A stretch of DNA of 64,000 bases from Bacteroidota bacterium. Lineage in GTDB: Bacteria > Bacteroidota > Bacteroidia > Bacteroidales > FEN-979. The position numbers and the translations under genes are program-made. The DNA lies in contig VGGL01000001.1 in the NCBI GenBank assembly GCA_016868575.1, forward strand, positions 20,995-84,994. Direction: 5' to 3'. Below, piece after piece: positions 1 through 8,846 of the stretch (within the stretch, counting starts at the first letter, position 1; each line of letters opens with the position of its first letter). The notes under the pieces are model-generated. The model was not told the DNA's origin, made no database searches, and worked only from the letters and a program-made list of their open reading frames with translations.

Positions 1-1240
1 GGAAGAGAAGTATGTGATCTGCAATGCCGATGAGGGTGACCCCGGGGCTTTCATGGATCGCTCGATACTGGAAGGCGACCCGCATGCTGTGCTGGAAGGG
101 ATGATCATTGCCGCATATGCCATTGAGGCAACGGGCGGTGTGATCTATTGCCGCGCCGAATACCCATTGGCCATCAAACGGCTGAATATAGCTCTCGACC
201 AGGCCAGGAAGAAAGGATACCTGGGGAAAAACATCTTCGGGATCGCAGGATTTCATTTCGACATCTATATAAAGGAAGGCGCCGGCGCTTTTGTTTGTGG
301 CGAGGAGACTGCCCTGATGGCTTCCATCGAAGGGGAGCGGGGCATGCCCAGAAAACGCCCTCCCTTCCCTGCCGCCTCCGGTCTCTGGAAGAAGCCTACC
401 AACATCAACAACGTGGAGACTTACGCCAATGTTCCGTGGATCATCCTCAACGGGGCCACTGCCTATGCCAAATATGGTACCGAAAAGAGCAAGGGAACGA
501 AGGTCTTTGCCCTGGCAGGGAAAGTTAAGCGGTCGGGACTTGTAGAAGTTCCTATGGGGATGACCCTCAAAGATGTGATCTTCAAACTCGGCGGAGGGAT
601 CAAAAACGACAAACGGTTTAAGGCGGTGCAGATGGGTGGACCATCAGGCGGATGCATACCCGAGTTCCTCGCCCATACCATTGTCGATTATGATTCCGTC
701 ACAGCCACCGGCGCCATCATGGGTTCCGGGGGAATGGTGGTGATGGATGAAACCACCTGCATGGTGGATGTGGCCAAGTTCTTCCTTGATTTCACCCAGA
801 AAGAGTCGTGCGGAAAATGCACCTTCTGCCGCATCGGCACCAAACGGATGCTCGAAATCCTTGACCGGATCACCAAAGGAGAAGGCAAAGCAGGTGATAT
901 TGAAAAGCTGGAAGAGCTCTCCCACCAGATCAAAGAGAATTCACTTTGTGGACTGGGCCAAACGGCTCCGAATCCCGTACTTACCACCCTGAAGTACTTC
1001 CGGGATGAATACGAAGCCCATATCACGGCTAAGAGATGCCCGGCAAAGGTTTGCAAACCGTTGCTGACCTATACCGTGATTCCGGAAAATTGCACCGGTT
1101 GCATGGTTTGCGCCCGAAATTGCCCGTCGAATGCCATTACCGGAGAAAAGAAACAGGTTCATTTGATCCACCAGGAGCTGTGCATCAAGTGTGGCGCCTG
1201 CTTCACCAAATGTAAATTTAGCGCTATCCTTGTTGAATAA
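1..1240 (+). CDS. NuoF/HydB-like NAD(P)H- and FMN-binding subunit with a C-terminal 2x[4Fe-4S] ferredoxin domain. The 5' end lies outside the window.
   Basis: The frame is open from nt 2 ([17 protein letters not shown]). It carries the NuoF-type motif [19 protein letters not shown] and the N3 cluster motif [10 protein letters not shown]. Two CxxCxxCxxxCP-type motifs sit near the C-terminus ([23 protein letters not shown]). Confidence 0.85.
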   Translation, partial: EEKYVICNADEGDPGAFMDRSILEGDPHAVLEGMIIAAYAIEATGGVIYCRAEYPLAIKRLNIALDQARKKGYLGKNIFGIAGFHFDIYIKEGAGAFVCGEETALMASIEGERGMPRKRPPFPAASGLWKKPTNINNVETYANVPWIILNGATAYAKYGTEKSKGTKVFALAGKVKRSGLVEVPMGMTLKDVIFKLGGGIKNDKRFKAVQMGGPSGGCIPEFLAHTIVDYDSVTATGAIMGSGGMVVMDETTCMVDVAKFFLDFTQKESCGKCTFCRIGTKRMLEILDRITKGEGKAGDIEKLEELSHQIKENSLCGLGQTAPNPVLTTLKYFRDEYEAHITAKRCPAKVCKPLLTYTVIPENCTGCMVCARNCPSNAITGEKKQVHLIHQELCIKCGACFTKCKFSAILVE

Positions 1241-1272
1241 ATATCAGGACTTAAAGAAATTTGCTGACAACC

Positions 1273-4200
1273 ATGAGTGACAATCTGTATAACATCGTCC
1301 TTGACGGGGAGATCGTGAAAGGCCACCCCGGCGAAACCATTCTGGAACTTGCGGAAAGACATCAGAAAAAGATCCCGACCCTGTGTCATGACAAGCGGCT
1401 GGAGCCATATTCTTCTTGTTATCTCTGTGTGGTTGAGGTAGAAGGGATGCGCGGCCATCAGCCTGCCTGCTCCACACGGATCACCGAGGGGATGAAGGTT
1501 ACCACGACCAATGAAGGCATTCGCAAGTCCAGACGGCTGGCGCTGGAGTTGCTTCTCAGTAACCACTATGCCGATTGCCTGGGCCCATGCAAGCAGACCT
1601 GTCCGGCCGGCGTGGATGTCCAGGGATATATCTCCCTTATAGAAAAAGGGATGTTTAGCGAAGCGGTGGCGCTGATCAAGGAAACCAACCCGCTGCCTGC
1701 CATCTGCGGCCGGGTGTGTGTGCGTCCCTGTGAAGCCCAATGCCGCCGAAACCTGCTCGATGAAGGAACCCCGGTGGGCATTGACTACCTGAAAAGATTT
1801 GCCTCGGATATTGACCTGCAGTCAAAAGCTAAATTTGTCCCGAAAGTTAAATCATCAACAGGAAAGAAAGTGGCTGTGATCGGCGCTGGTCCCGGGGGCT
1901 TGTCTGCAGCCTGTTTTCTGCAGGTGGATGGTCATCAGGTTGACATTTTTGAGGCCATGCCCAAACCGGGCGGGTGGCTCCGTTATGGCATCCCCGAATA
2001 CCGGCTGCCTAATGACATCCTGGATCAGGAAGTAAAGAACATCACCGACCTTGGGGTAAACATCTTCTATAACAAGAAACTCGGGGAAAACGTCTCTTAT
2101 AAAGAACTGAAAGACAAGTATGATGCGGTGATCCTCACCATCGGATCCCAGAAAGGAACCGGTATTGGCTGTGAAGGCGACGATGCAGAAAATGTCTTTT
2201 CCGGCATCGATTTCCTCCGCAATATGGAGATGACCGGACAAAAGTTTGACTTCTCCGGCAAGACCATTGCCGTGATCGGTGGCGGGAATACCGCCATGGA
2301 CTGCTGCCGGACATCCATCCGGTGCAACGCCAGCAAAGTGTATGTTATCTACCGGAGGACAGAGAAAGAGATGCCCGCCAACCCCATCGAAATCCATGAA
2401 TCCAAGCTGGAAGGGGTGGAATACTTGTTCCTTACTAATCCCAAGATGATCAATAAAGATGAGAAAGGAAGGATCATTTCGATAACCAACCTGCGGATGG
2501 AACTTGGTGAGCCGGATGCTTCCGGTAGAAGAAGACCGGTTCCGATGGAAGGCAGCGACTTCGATGTGACGGTTGATTATGCGTTTGCCGCCATCGGCCA
2601 GAAGACCGATGTTAATTTTATTGATGACATCAATCGGCATGCCTCTGGCGGTCAATTGAAGATCAATAAATGGGGAGATATTGACGCTGACGCAAAGACC
2701 CTTCAGACAGGGATACCATCTGTATTTGCTGCCGGAGATGGTGTTACAGGCCCGGCCACCATCATCGAAGCCATTGCCCAGGCCAAACGGGCTGCTCATT
2801 CCTGTCATCAATACCTGATGGCCTTGCCGATCGAACCACTGAAAACGCCTTTCATCAGTAAAAAGGACAATTTCAGGAAGCAAATACCGGATGATTATAC
2901 CGGTCGTTTTGCTCGCCAGATGCGGGAAGAGATGCCAACCATCGACCCAAAAAAACGAAAGAACTTCCAGGAAGTGGAATTGGGGTATGCCCATGAAGAT
3001 ATAGCATACAATGAGACCCATCGCTGTCTGGAATGTGGTTGCACCGCCTTTTTCTCCTGCGATCTGCAGCAACACGCTGACGCGTATGGATCCCAACAGA
3101 TCGGAACAGAAGGGATCTTCAAACAATACGCGATTGATTTCAGGCATCCCTATATTGAGATCGACAGCAACAAATGCATCCTGTGTTCCAGATGTGTGAG
3201 GATTTGCCGGGAAGTAGTAGGTGCAGGAGCCCTTGGATTGATCAACCGGGGATTTGAGACCTATGTTTCTCCGAGCATGGGCAAACCACTGCAGGAAACT
3301 ACTTGTGAATCCTGCGGCTTGTGTATTTCAGCCTGCCCGACCGGCGCCCTCACCGAAAACTTCAAATTTAAACCAGGTCCGGTCAAGACGGAAGAAGCTC
3401 CAACCATCTGCAACTTCTGCGCTGTCGGCTGTGCCATCACGCTGAACCACGTCAACGGATTTGTGATGAATGTGACCGGCCATAACGGCATGATCAACAA
3501 AGATGGAAACCTGTGCAGGTATCCGAAGTTTGGATACCATATCTACAACGACCCCCGGCGGATTACCAGGCCACTGCAAAAAGTCAAAGGAAAATTCGAA
3601 GAGATCACCTTTGAAAAGGCCTTTAACCTCATCACGGAGCACATTCGTAAATCCAAGCCGGAAACCATGGCATTTTTTGGTGGTGCCCGGTTGTCGAATG
3701 AAGAACAGTATCTTATTCAGAAACTGGCCAGGGGAGGAGCGAAGACCAATAATATCGCCAGTTTTCATTACCTGGATCGCAGTAATGGATATCACCCCAA
3801 CCCGCTATGGGCCACCCCCTTTGACCAGATCGCCGGAGCGTCCAAGATTTACCTCGTAGGATCCACCCTGAACCTGGATCATGGCGTTTTATCATTTATG
3901 GTTAACCAGGCTGCTTATAAGCACAAAATTCCGGTTGAACTTATCACCACCGACTTGAATAGTCCGATGGCGCATAAGGTGAATTCGATCACAAATATCA
4001 CCTCTTATCACCATTTCTTTAAAGCTGTTAACCATTACATCCTGGCTAATGGGATGGAAAATGGTTTGTTCCTCCGTGACCGGGTGGAAGGCTTCGATGC
4101 CTATCGCAATTGGCTGATGAAGGAAGATTTCAATCTTTTGCATAGCACCTCCTGTGCCGATTCAAAGGAAAGCATTTTCAGATTTGCGGAGGAATATGTA

Positions 4201-4977
4201 GATGAACTCAATGCCATTGTCATCTATGCAGAAAAAGAGGTATCACCATCCGCCTGCCAGGAGTTGTTCAACCTGGGGCTGATCACCGGGAAGCTTGGTA
4301 AAACCTCTTCCGGGTTGATCCCCGTACGCGAAAAAAATAACGCTCAGGGGTTATTTGACATGGGCCTTTTCCCCGGAACAGTCTTCCGCGGCCAGAGTCT
4401 CAAGGAGGATAAAATCCGGAAGAAATTTGAAAAAGTTTGGAATGTTGATGCCCTCCCAACCCAATTCCCGGATGATATCCTGACAGAGATGGAAGCCGGC
4501 AAGATCCGGCAGTTTTTCATCTTTGGCGAAGATCCGGTAGGCTGTGCCGTGGAGCCAAAGAAAGTTGAAAAGTGGTTCAGTAAGGCATCCTTCATCATGG
4601 TGCAGGATTATTTGATGACCCCAACAGCCCTAAAGGCAGATCTTATCCTCCCTGCTTCTTTCCCCGTTGAAACAGGAGGAACTTTCACGAATACCCAATG
4701 TGTCATCCAGGGATTCAACCAAGTGTTGCCTTCAAACGTGGAGATGAACAACATCGAGCAAATCCAGGCACTCCTGAAGCATTTTGACATTGTCAGCCCG
4801 GGAGCCGCCGATGAGGTGATCAGCGAATTTACTTCCCTGATACCTGACGGAAAAGAAGATCGGAAATATCAAATCACCTGCACGAAAAACCATGACCAAC
4901 CAAGACTTTTTGAGTCAGGATGCGACTTTATGGTTCACCGGGCTAACGAGGAGTTCAGGGAATTGTTGAAGAAATAA
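1273..4977 (+). CDS. Multidomain Fe-S flavoprotein: 2Fe-2S ferredoxin (NuoG N-terminus), GltD/NfnB-like NADPH:FAD oxidoreductase, 4Fe-4S domains, and a NuoG/FdhA-like molybdopterin-oxidoreductase domain that appears degenerate.
   Basis: The N-terminus has the plant-type 2Fe-2S pattern CHDKRLEPYSSCYLCVVEV. The GltD signature is present (CPAGVDVQGYI...ICGRVCVRPCE). There are two Rossmann motifs, VAVIGAGPGGLSAA and IAVIGGGNTAMDC. Ferredoxin motifs CILCSRCVRIC and CESCGLCISACP follow, then the MopB 4Fe-4S motif ICNFCAVGCAI...GNLC. The ATG at 1273 is preferred over the track's TTG at 1261. Confidence 0.8.
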   Translation: MSDNLYNIVLDGEIVKGHPGETILELAERHQKKIPTLCHDKRLEPYSSCYLCVVEVEGMRGHQPACSTRITEGMKVTTTNEGIRKSRRLALELLLSNHYADCLGPCKQTCPAGVDVQGYISLIEKGMFSEAVALIKETNPLPAICGRVCVRPCEAQCRRNLLDEGTPVGIDYLKRFASDIDLQSKAKFVPKVKSSTGKKVAVIGAGPGGLSAACFLQVDGHQVDIFEAMPKPGGWLRYGIPEYRLPNDILDQEVKNITDLGVNIFYNKKLGENVSYKELKDKYDAVILTIGSQKGTGIGCEGDDAENVFSGIDFLRNMEMTGQKFDFSGKTIAVIGGGNTAMDCCRTSIRCNASKVYVIYRRTEKEMPANPIEIHESKLEGVEYLFLTNPKMINKDEKGRIISITNLRMELGEPDASGRRRPVPMEGSDFDVTVDYAFAAIGQKTDVNFIDDINRHASGGQLKINKWGDIDADAKTLQTGIPSVFAAGDGVTGPATIIEAIAQAKRAAHSCHQYLMALPIEPLKTPFISKKDNFRKQIPDDYTGRFARQMREEMPTIDPKKRKNFQEVELGYAHEDIAYNETHRCLECGCTAFFSCDLQQHADAYGSQQIGTEGIFKQYAIDFRHPYIEIDSNKCILCSRCVRICREVVGAGALGLINRGFETYVSPSMGKPLQETTCESCGLCISACPTGALTENFKFKPGPVKTEEAPTICNFCAVGCAITLNHVNGFVMNVTGHNGMINKDGNLCRYPKFGYHIYNDPRRITRPLQKVKGKFEEITFEKAFNLITEHIRKSKPETMAFFGGARLSNEEQYLIQKLARGGAKTNNIASFHYLDRSNGYHPNPLWATPFDQIAGASKIYLVGSTLNLDHGVLSFMVNQAAYKHKIPVELITTDLNSPMAHKVNSITNITSYHHFFKAVNHYILANGMENGLFLRDRVEGFDAYRNWLMKEDFNLLHSTSCADSKESIFRFAEEYVDELNAIVIYAEKEVSPSACQELFNLGLITGKLGKTSSGLIPVREKNNAQGLFDMGLFPGTVFRGQSLKEDKIRKKFEKVWNVDALPTQFPDDILTEMEAGKIRQFFIFGEDPVGCAVEPKKVEKWFSKASFIMVQDYLMTPTALKADLILPASFPVETGGTFTNTQCVIQGFNQVLPSNVEMNNIEQIQALLKHFDIVSPGAADEVISEFTSLIPDGKEDRKYQITCTKNHDQPRLFESGCDFMVHRANEEFRELLKK

Positions 4978-5016
4978 CTTATTCAGGGTCAAAATATCAA
5001 ACCAGAATCGATCATT

Positions 5017-5475
5017 ATGAAAGCGTTTACATCCATTACCGATATTCTCCAATTTGCCATTGGACAGGAGCAGGAGGCTGTTGATTTTTACCTCAGCCTG
5101 TCCGGTCAGGCAAAAAGCGACGACATGAAGGAAGTCTTCAACAGTTTCGCCAAGGAGGAGATGACGCACAAAAGCAGGCTTACAAACATCCTTGAGACGG
5201 GGATCAGTGACCTGCCGGTGGAAAAGATCGCCGACTTGAAAATTGTCGACTACCTCGTGAAAGAAGAAGGAGACAAATCGTCGATGACTTATAGCGACGC
5301 ACTGATCCTTGCCATGAAGAAGGAAAAGTCGGCGTTCAAACTCTACATGGCGTTATATGAAAGGGTCAGCGACCCCGGAATGAAACAACTTTTCCTCTCC
5401 CTTGCCATGGAAGAATCAAAGCATAAACTTCGTTTTGAATTGGAGTATGATGATGTGGTCCTGAGAGAAAACTAA
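5017..5475 (+). CDS. Ferritin-like / rubrerythrin-family di-iron four-helix-bundle protein with no rubredoxin domain.
   Basis: Two ExxH motifs (EEMTH, EESKH) are each preceded by an acidic helix (EQEAVDFY, EKSAFKLY). The size is 152 aa. Confidence 0.65.
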   Translation: MKAFTSITDILQFAIGQEQEAVDFYLSLSGQAKSDDMKEVFNSFAKEEMTHKSRLTNILETGISDLPVEKIADLKIVDYLVKEEGDKSSMTYSDALILAMKKEKSAFKLYMALYERVSDPGMKQLFLSLAMEESKHKLRFELEYDDVVLREN

Positions 5476-5540
5476 CGCATCACGTATCACGCCTCACGTG
5501 TCGCGTAAAGCATGGTGAAAATGTAAATGTAACAGGAGGG

Positions 5541-8525
5541 ATGGGAGAAAAAAGAAAGATCAAGCTGCCACAGCGGTACTATTTTACCGACACGGCTTTC
5601 TCCCACCTGATGAGGCGCAGGATATACCAGATCCTGCTGGTTTCCAGTACATACGAAGCGTTTATCCTGGAGGAAGATGGCCGGGTGGATGAAAAGATCT
5701 TCCTGGAATATGTCGCCCTGAACCTTCGTTACCCACCTCAGTTCATCCAGGTAACCTCAGAACAGGAAGCTTTTGATGAGCTGGAGGAAAAGCACATTGA
5801 CCTGATCATCAATATGCTGAGCATTGAGAAGGCTGATACCTTTGACCTTGCATCAAAGATCAAAAGCAAATACCCAAAGATTCCGATTGTCGTCCTCACC
5901 CCCTTCAGCCGCGAGGTTTCACTGAGATTAGCCCAAAAAAACCTGAAGGACATCGATTATGTCTTCAGCTGGCTTGGAAATACGGATCTTTTGCTGGCCA
6001 TCATCAAACTCATTGAGGACAAGATGAACTATGAGATGGATTTCAGGGAGGGGGTTCAAGGCGTTTTGCTGGTGGAAGACTCGATCCGCTTTTACAGTGC
6101 CTATTTGCCTCATATCTATCGCATCATCCTGAAACAATCAAAAGGCTTTGGACTGGAAGGATTGAATGAGCATCAGAAAATGATGCGGATGCGCGGACGC
6201 CCCAAAATCCTGCTCGCCACCAATTATGAAGAAGCGGTCACCCTATACGAAAAATCAAAAAACAACCTCCTGGGGATCATCTCCGACATCAGTTATAAAA
6301 GAGAAGGGGCCACCGATAAGGAAGCGGGAATCAAATTTTGCAGAAAGGTAAGGGAAGAAGAACCTTACATGCCATTCCTGCTGCAATCCTCTGACCTGGA
6401 GTTCGAGGAGGCAGCAACGCAGATGAATGTGGGCTTCCTAAACAAGTACTCCAAAACCCTTTCCATCGAGTTGAGGAATTACATCAACGAGCATTTTTCG
6501 TTTGGCGATTTTGTGTTCATTGATCCGCATAGCGGGAATGTTGTAGCCCGCGTATCCGACCTGAAAGCCTTGCAGGAAAAACTTTTTGAGATTCCTGATG
6601 AATCACTGAAATACCACATGGAGCGCAACCACTTCTCCAAGTGGCTGAATGCCAGGGCGCTATTCCCTATTGCCGAGCTTTTCAAGAATATCTCTTTCCT
6701 GGAATTCACCGACATGGATGAAGCCCGCAGGTATATCTTTGATTCGATCACCACCTTCCGGCTGAATAAGGCACGTGGTGTGATCGCTGAATTTTATCGC
6801 GACCGTTTTGACGAGTACCTGTCGTTTGCCCGCATTGGCCAGGGATCCATAGGTGGAAAAGCCCGGGGACTGGCTTTTCTCGATTCGCTGATCATGCGAA
6901 ACCGGCTGATGGATAAATATGACGACCTGATCATCACCATTCCACGGACCGTCGTTATTGGTACCGATATCTTCGATGAGTTCATGGAGGAGAATGACCT
7001 TTACAGAATTGCACTTTCCGACCTCCCCGATAAGGATATCCTGCAACACTTCATCCGTGCCCGGCTCCCCTTCCGCATTCATGAAGATCTATACACCTTC
7101 ATCTCCTATGTAAACAATCCCATTGCCATCAGGTCTTCAAGTCTGCTGGAAGATTCCCATTATCAGCCTTTTGCCGGCATTTATTCCACCTATATGATCC
7201 CTTCCATCAAAGGGAATGAACGGTTGATGATCGAAAAATTGAGTGAAGCCATCAAAAGTGTTTACGCTTCAGTCTATTTCAAAGACAGTAAAGCCTATAT
7301 GTCAGCTACATCGAATGTGATCGATGAGGAGAAGATGTCCATTGTATTGCAGGAAGTATGCGGAGTACAGTATGGAAACCGGTTTTATCCCGCTATTTCC
7401 GGAGTTGCTCGTTCCGTGAATTTTTACCCCATTGCCCCGGAAAAATCTGAAGATGGTGTTGTCAACCTGGCTTTCGGGCTTGGGAAATATATCGTTGACG
7501 GGGGCTTATCGCTGCGCTTCAGCCCAAAATATCCGAAAAAGATTCTCCAGCTTTCCACCCCTGAGATGGCGCTGAGTGAGACCCAGAAGCACTTTTATGC
7601 CCTTGACCTGAAGATGGAAAGCTTCATACCTTCCATTGATGATGCCATCAACCTGTTAAAACTCCGGATTTCGGAAGCAGAAGCGGATCAAACACTGAAG
7701 TTTGTTGCCTCCACTTTTGATTATGACAGTCACTCCCTGCGTGATGGAGTGATGCACCAGGGAAAGCGGATCATCACTTTCTCCAACATCTTGAATTATG
7801 AAACCTTTCCGCTTGCTGAAATTCTATCGACAGTTCTGACCATCGGCCAGCGGGAAATGGACAAGCCGGTGGAGATCGAGTTTGCCGTCAACCTGGATGT
7901 ACCGGATGGGCAACCAAAGGTTTTCAGCTTGCTGCAGATACGCCCCATTGTGGCGATGAATGAGACCATCGACATTCATCCGGAAAAGATCGAACCTGAG
8001 AAGACCATCATCATTTCCCGTTCCGCTCTCGGTAACGGGATTATCCATGGAATCCATGATTTCGTGTACATAAAACCCGACTCTTTCAACGCTGCGAAAA
8101 GCAAGGAGATTGCTTGTAAAATTCAGGCGCTGAATGATGAATTCCTGCAGTTAAAGAAGAACTATGTGTTGGTCGGCCCCGGTCGCTGGGGGTCGACAGA
8201 TCCCTGGTTGGGTGTACCGGTAAAATGGCCCCAGATCTCTGCTGCCCGCGTGATCATTGAGTCAGGATTGGAAAACTACCGCATTGATCCCAGTCAGGGA
8301 ACCCACTTTTTCCAGAACCTGACCTCTTTCCGGGTTGGATATTTCACGATCAATCCATTCATTCAGGATGGTTATTACGATCTTTCTTTCCTTTCGGGTT
8401 TTGAGCCTGCTTATGAAGACGAGTTCATCCGGCAGATCCGGTTCCAGTTTCCCATGCGGATTGAGATAGATGGGAAAAAGAACTTCGGCGTCATTTTCAA
8501 GCCGGAAAATCCCTGCAAAGCATAA
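5541..8525 (+). CDS. Pseudo-receiver plus receiver (REC) domains fused to a PEP/pyruvate-binding (PPDK_N, ATP-grasp) domain and a conserved C-terminal domain of unknown function.
   Basis: A REC-like block is present (VLLVEDS...LLGIISDISY). The upstream REC-like block lacks the acidic residues (LLVSS, LIINM). The PPDK_N hallmark is present (GQGSIGGKARGLAFLDSL ... IRSSSLLED). The C-terminal block reads GPGRWGSTDPWLGVPVKW...DPSQGTHFFQN. Confidence 0.7.
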   Translation: MGEKRKIKLPQRYYFTDTAFSHLMRRRIYQILLVSSTYEAFILEEDGRVDEKIFLEYVALNLRYPPQFIQVTSEQEAFDELEEKHIDLIINMLSIEKADTFDLASKIKSKYPKIPIVVLTPFSREVSLRLAQKNLKDIDYVFSWLGNTDLLLAIIKLIEDKMNYEMDFREGVQGVLLVEDSIRFYSAYLPHIYRIILKQSKGFGLEGLNEHQKMMRMRGRPKILLATNYEEAVTLYEKSKNNLLGIISDISYKREGATDKEAGIKFCRKVREEEPYMPFLLQSSDLEFEEAATQMNVGFLNKYSKTLSIELRNYINEHFSFGDFVFIDPHSGNVVARVSDLKALQEKLFEIPDESLKYHMERNHFSKWLNARALFPIAELFKNISFLEFTDMDEARRYIFDSITTFRLNKARGVIAEFYRDRFDEYLSFARIGQGSIGGKARGLAFLDSLIMRNRLMDKYDDLIITIPRTVVIGTDIFDEFMEENDLYRIALSDLPDKDILQHFIRARLPFRIHEDLYTFISYVNNPIAIRSSSLLEDSHYQPFAGIYSTYMIPSIKGNERLMIEKLSEAIKSVYASVYFKDSKAYMSATSNVIDEEKMSIVLQEVCGVQYGNRFYPAISGVARSVNFYPIAPEKSEDGVVNLAFGLGKYIVDGGLSLRFSPKYPKKILQLSTPEMALSETQKHFYALDLKMESFIPSIDDAINLLKLRISEAEADQTLKFVASTFDYDSHSLRDGVMHQGKRIITFSNILNYETFPLAEILSTVLTIGQREMDKPVEIEFAVNLDVPDGQPKVFSLLQIRPIVAMNETIDIHPEKIEPEKTIIISRSALGNGIIHGIHDFVYIKPDSFNAAKSKEIACKIQALNDEFLQLKKNYVLVGPGRWGSTDPWLGVPVKWPQISAARVIIESGLENYRIDPSQGTHFFQNLTSFRVGYFTINPFIQDGYYDLSFLSGFEPAYEDEFIRQIRFQFPMRIEIDGKKNFGVIFKPENPCKA

Positions 8526-8538
8526 TTCAGATTTTTTC

Positions 8539-8546
8539 TATCTTTG
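8539..8546 (+). promoter_or_regulatory. Bacteroidetes-type -7 promoter box (TATCTTTG) upstream of tRNA-Pro.
   Basis: Exact match to TAnnTTTG, 24 nt upstream of the tRNA 5' end. The same TATCTTTG box recurs before other genes in this window. Confidence 0.55.
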
Positions 8547-8570
8547 CACCCCCGGTATTAACCGGGCGAT

Positions 8571-8644
8571 CGGGATGTAGCGCAGCTGGCTAGCGCACCA
8601 CGTTCGGGACGTGGGGGTCGGAAGTTCGAGTCTTCTCATCCCGA
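8571..8644 (+). tRNA. tRNA-Pro (anticodon CGG).
   Basis: Cloverleaf folded by hand. Acceptor CGGGATG/CATCCCG, D-stem GCGC/GCGC, anticodon stem CCACG/CGTGG with loop TTCGGGA, T-arm GGAAG-TTCGAGT-CTTCT. CCA is not encoded. Confidence 0.9.
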
Positions 8645-8658
8645 CACCCCCACCCCTG

Positions 8659-8683
8659 GCCCCTCCCCCATTTGGGGGAGGGG
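8659..8683. repeat. GC-rich perfect hairpin (CCCCTCCCCC-ATTT-GGGGGAGGGG) in the tRNA-Pro/tRNA-Thr spacer.
   Basis: A 10-bp perfect inverted repeat with a 4-nt loop, flanked by further imperfect G/C-run complementarity across 8645-8701. Confidence 0.8.
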
Positions 8684-8701
8684 TTGGGGAGAGGGCTTCC
8701 T

Positions 8702-8774
8702 GCCTCTTTAGCTCAGTTGGTAGAGCAGCTGATTCGTAATTAGCAGGTCGGGGGTTCAAGTCCCCTGAGAGGCT
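8702..8774 (+). tRNA. tRNA-Thr (anticodon CGT).
   Basis: Cloverleaf folded by hand. Acceptor GCCTCTT/GAGAGGC, D-arm GCTC-AGTTGGTA-GAGC, anticodon stem GCTGA/TTAGC with loop TTCGTAA, T-arm GGGGG-TTCAAGT-CCCCT. Confidence 0.9.
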
Positions 8775-8846
8775 CTCCTCATTCTTCATTCTTTACCGCC
8801 CATCCACTTCATTCTTTCAATTATTTCATCGAATTCTATCCCTGAT

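Noticed and set aside
1855-3147. Long antisense ORFs opposite real genes (1855-3147, 22011-22727, 36399-37013, 43961-44740, 51807-52673, 58631-59287, 59569-60306 and others).
   Set aside because: They are shadow ORFs on the opposite strand of genes with strong family signatures. Their translations are low-complexity or carry no recognisable motifs.
3400-4977. Calling the C-terminal MopB domain a catalytic formate dehydrogenase, and searching for an in-frame TGA selenocysteine.
   Set aside because: The frame is continuously open with no TGA recoding. The position expected for the Sec/Cys-His Mo ligand reads SFHYLD, so it more likely resembles a NuoG-type relic. The selenium genes in the window are explained by the selenouridine pathway.
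8538-8789. An 83-aa minus-strand ORF (…PPPNGGGARGGGVG…) spanning the tRNA region.
   Set aside because: It is antisense to two well-folding tRNA genes and the GC-rich spacer hairpin. The Gly/Pro-rich translation is a by-product of the G/C runs, so this is a spurious ORF.
8775-8846. An integrase, att site or genomic island next to the tRNA genes.
   Set aside because: No integrase or recombinase ORF is present within several kb. I also found no direct repeat of the tRNA-Thr 3' end downstream. Only the truncated cargo gene hints at past rearrangement, and that is reported as a finding.
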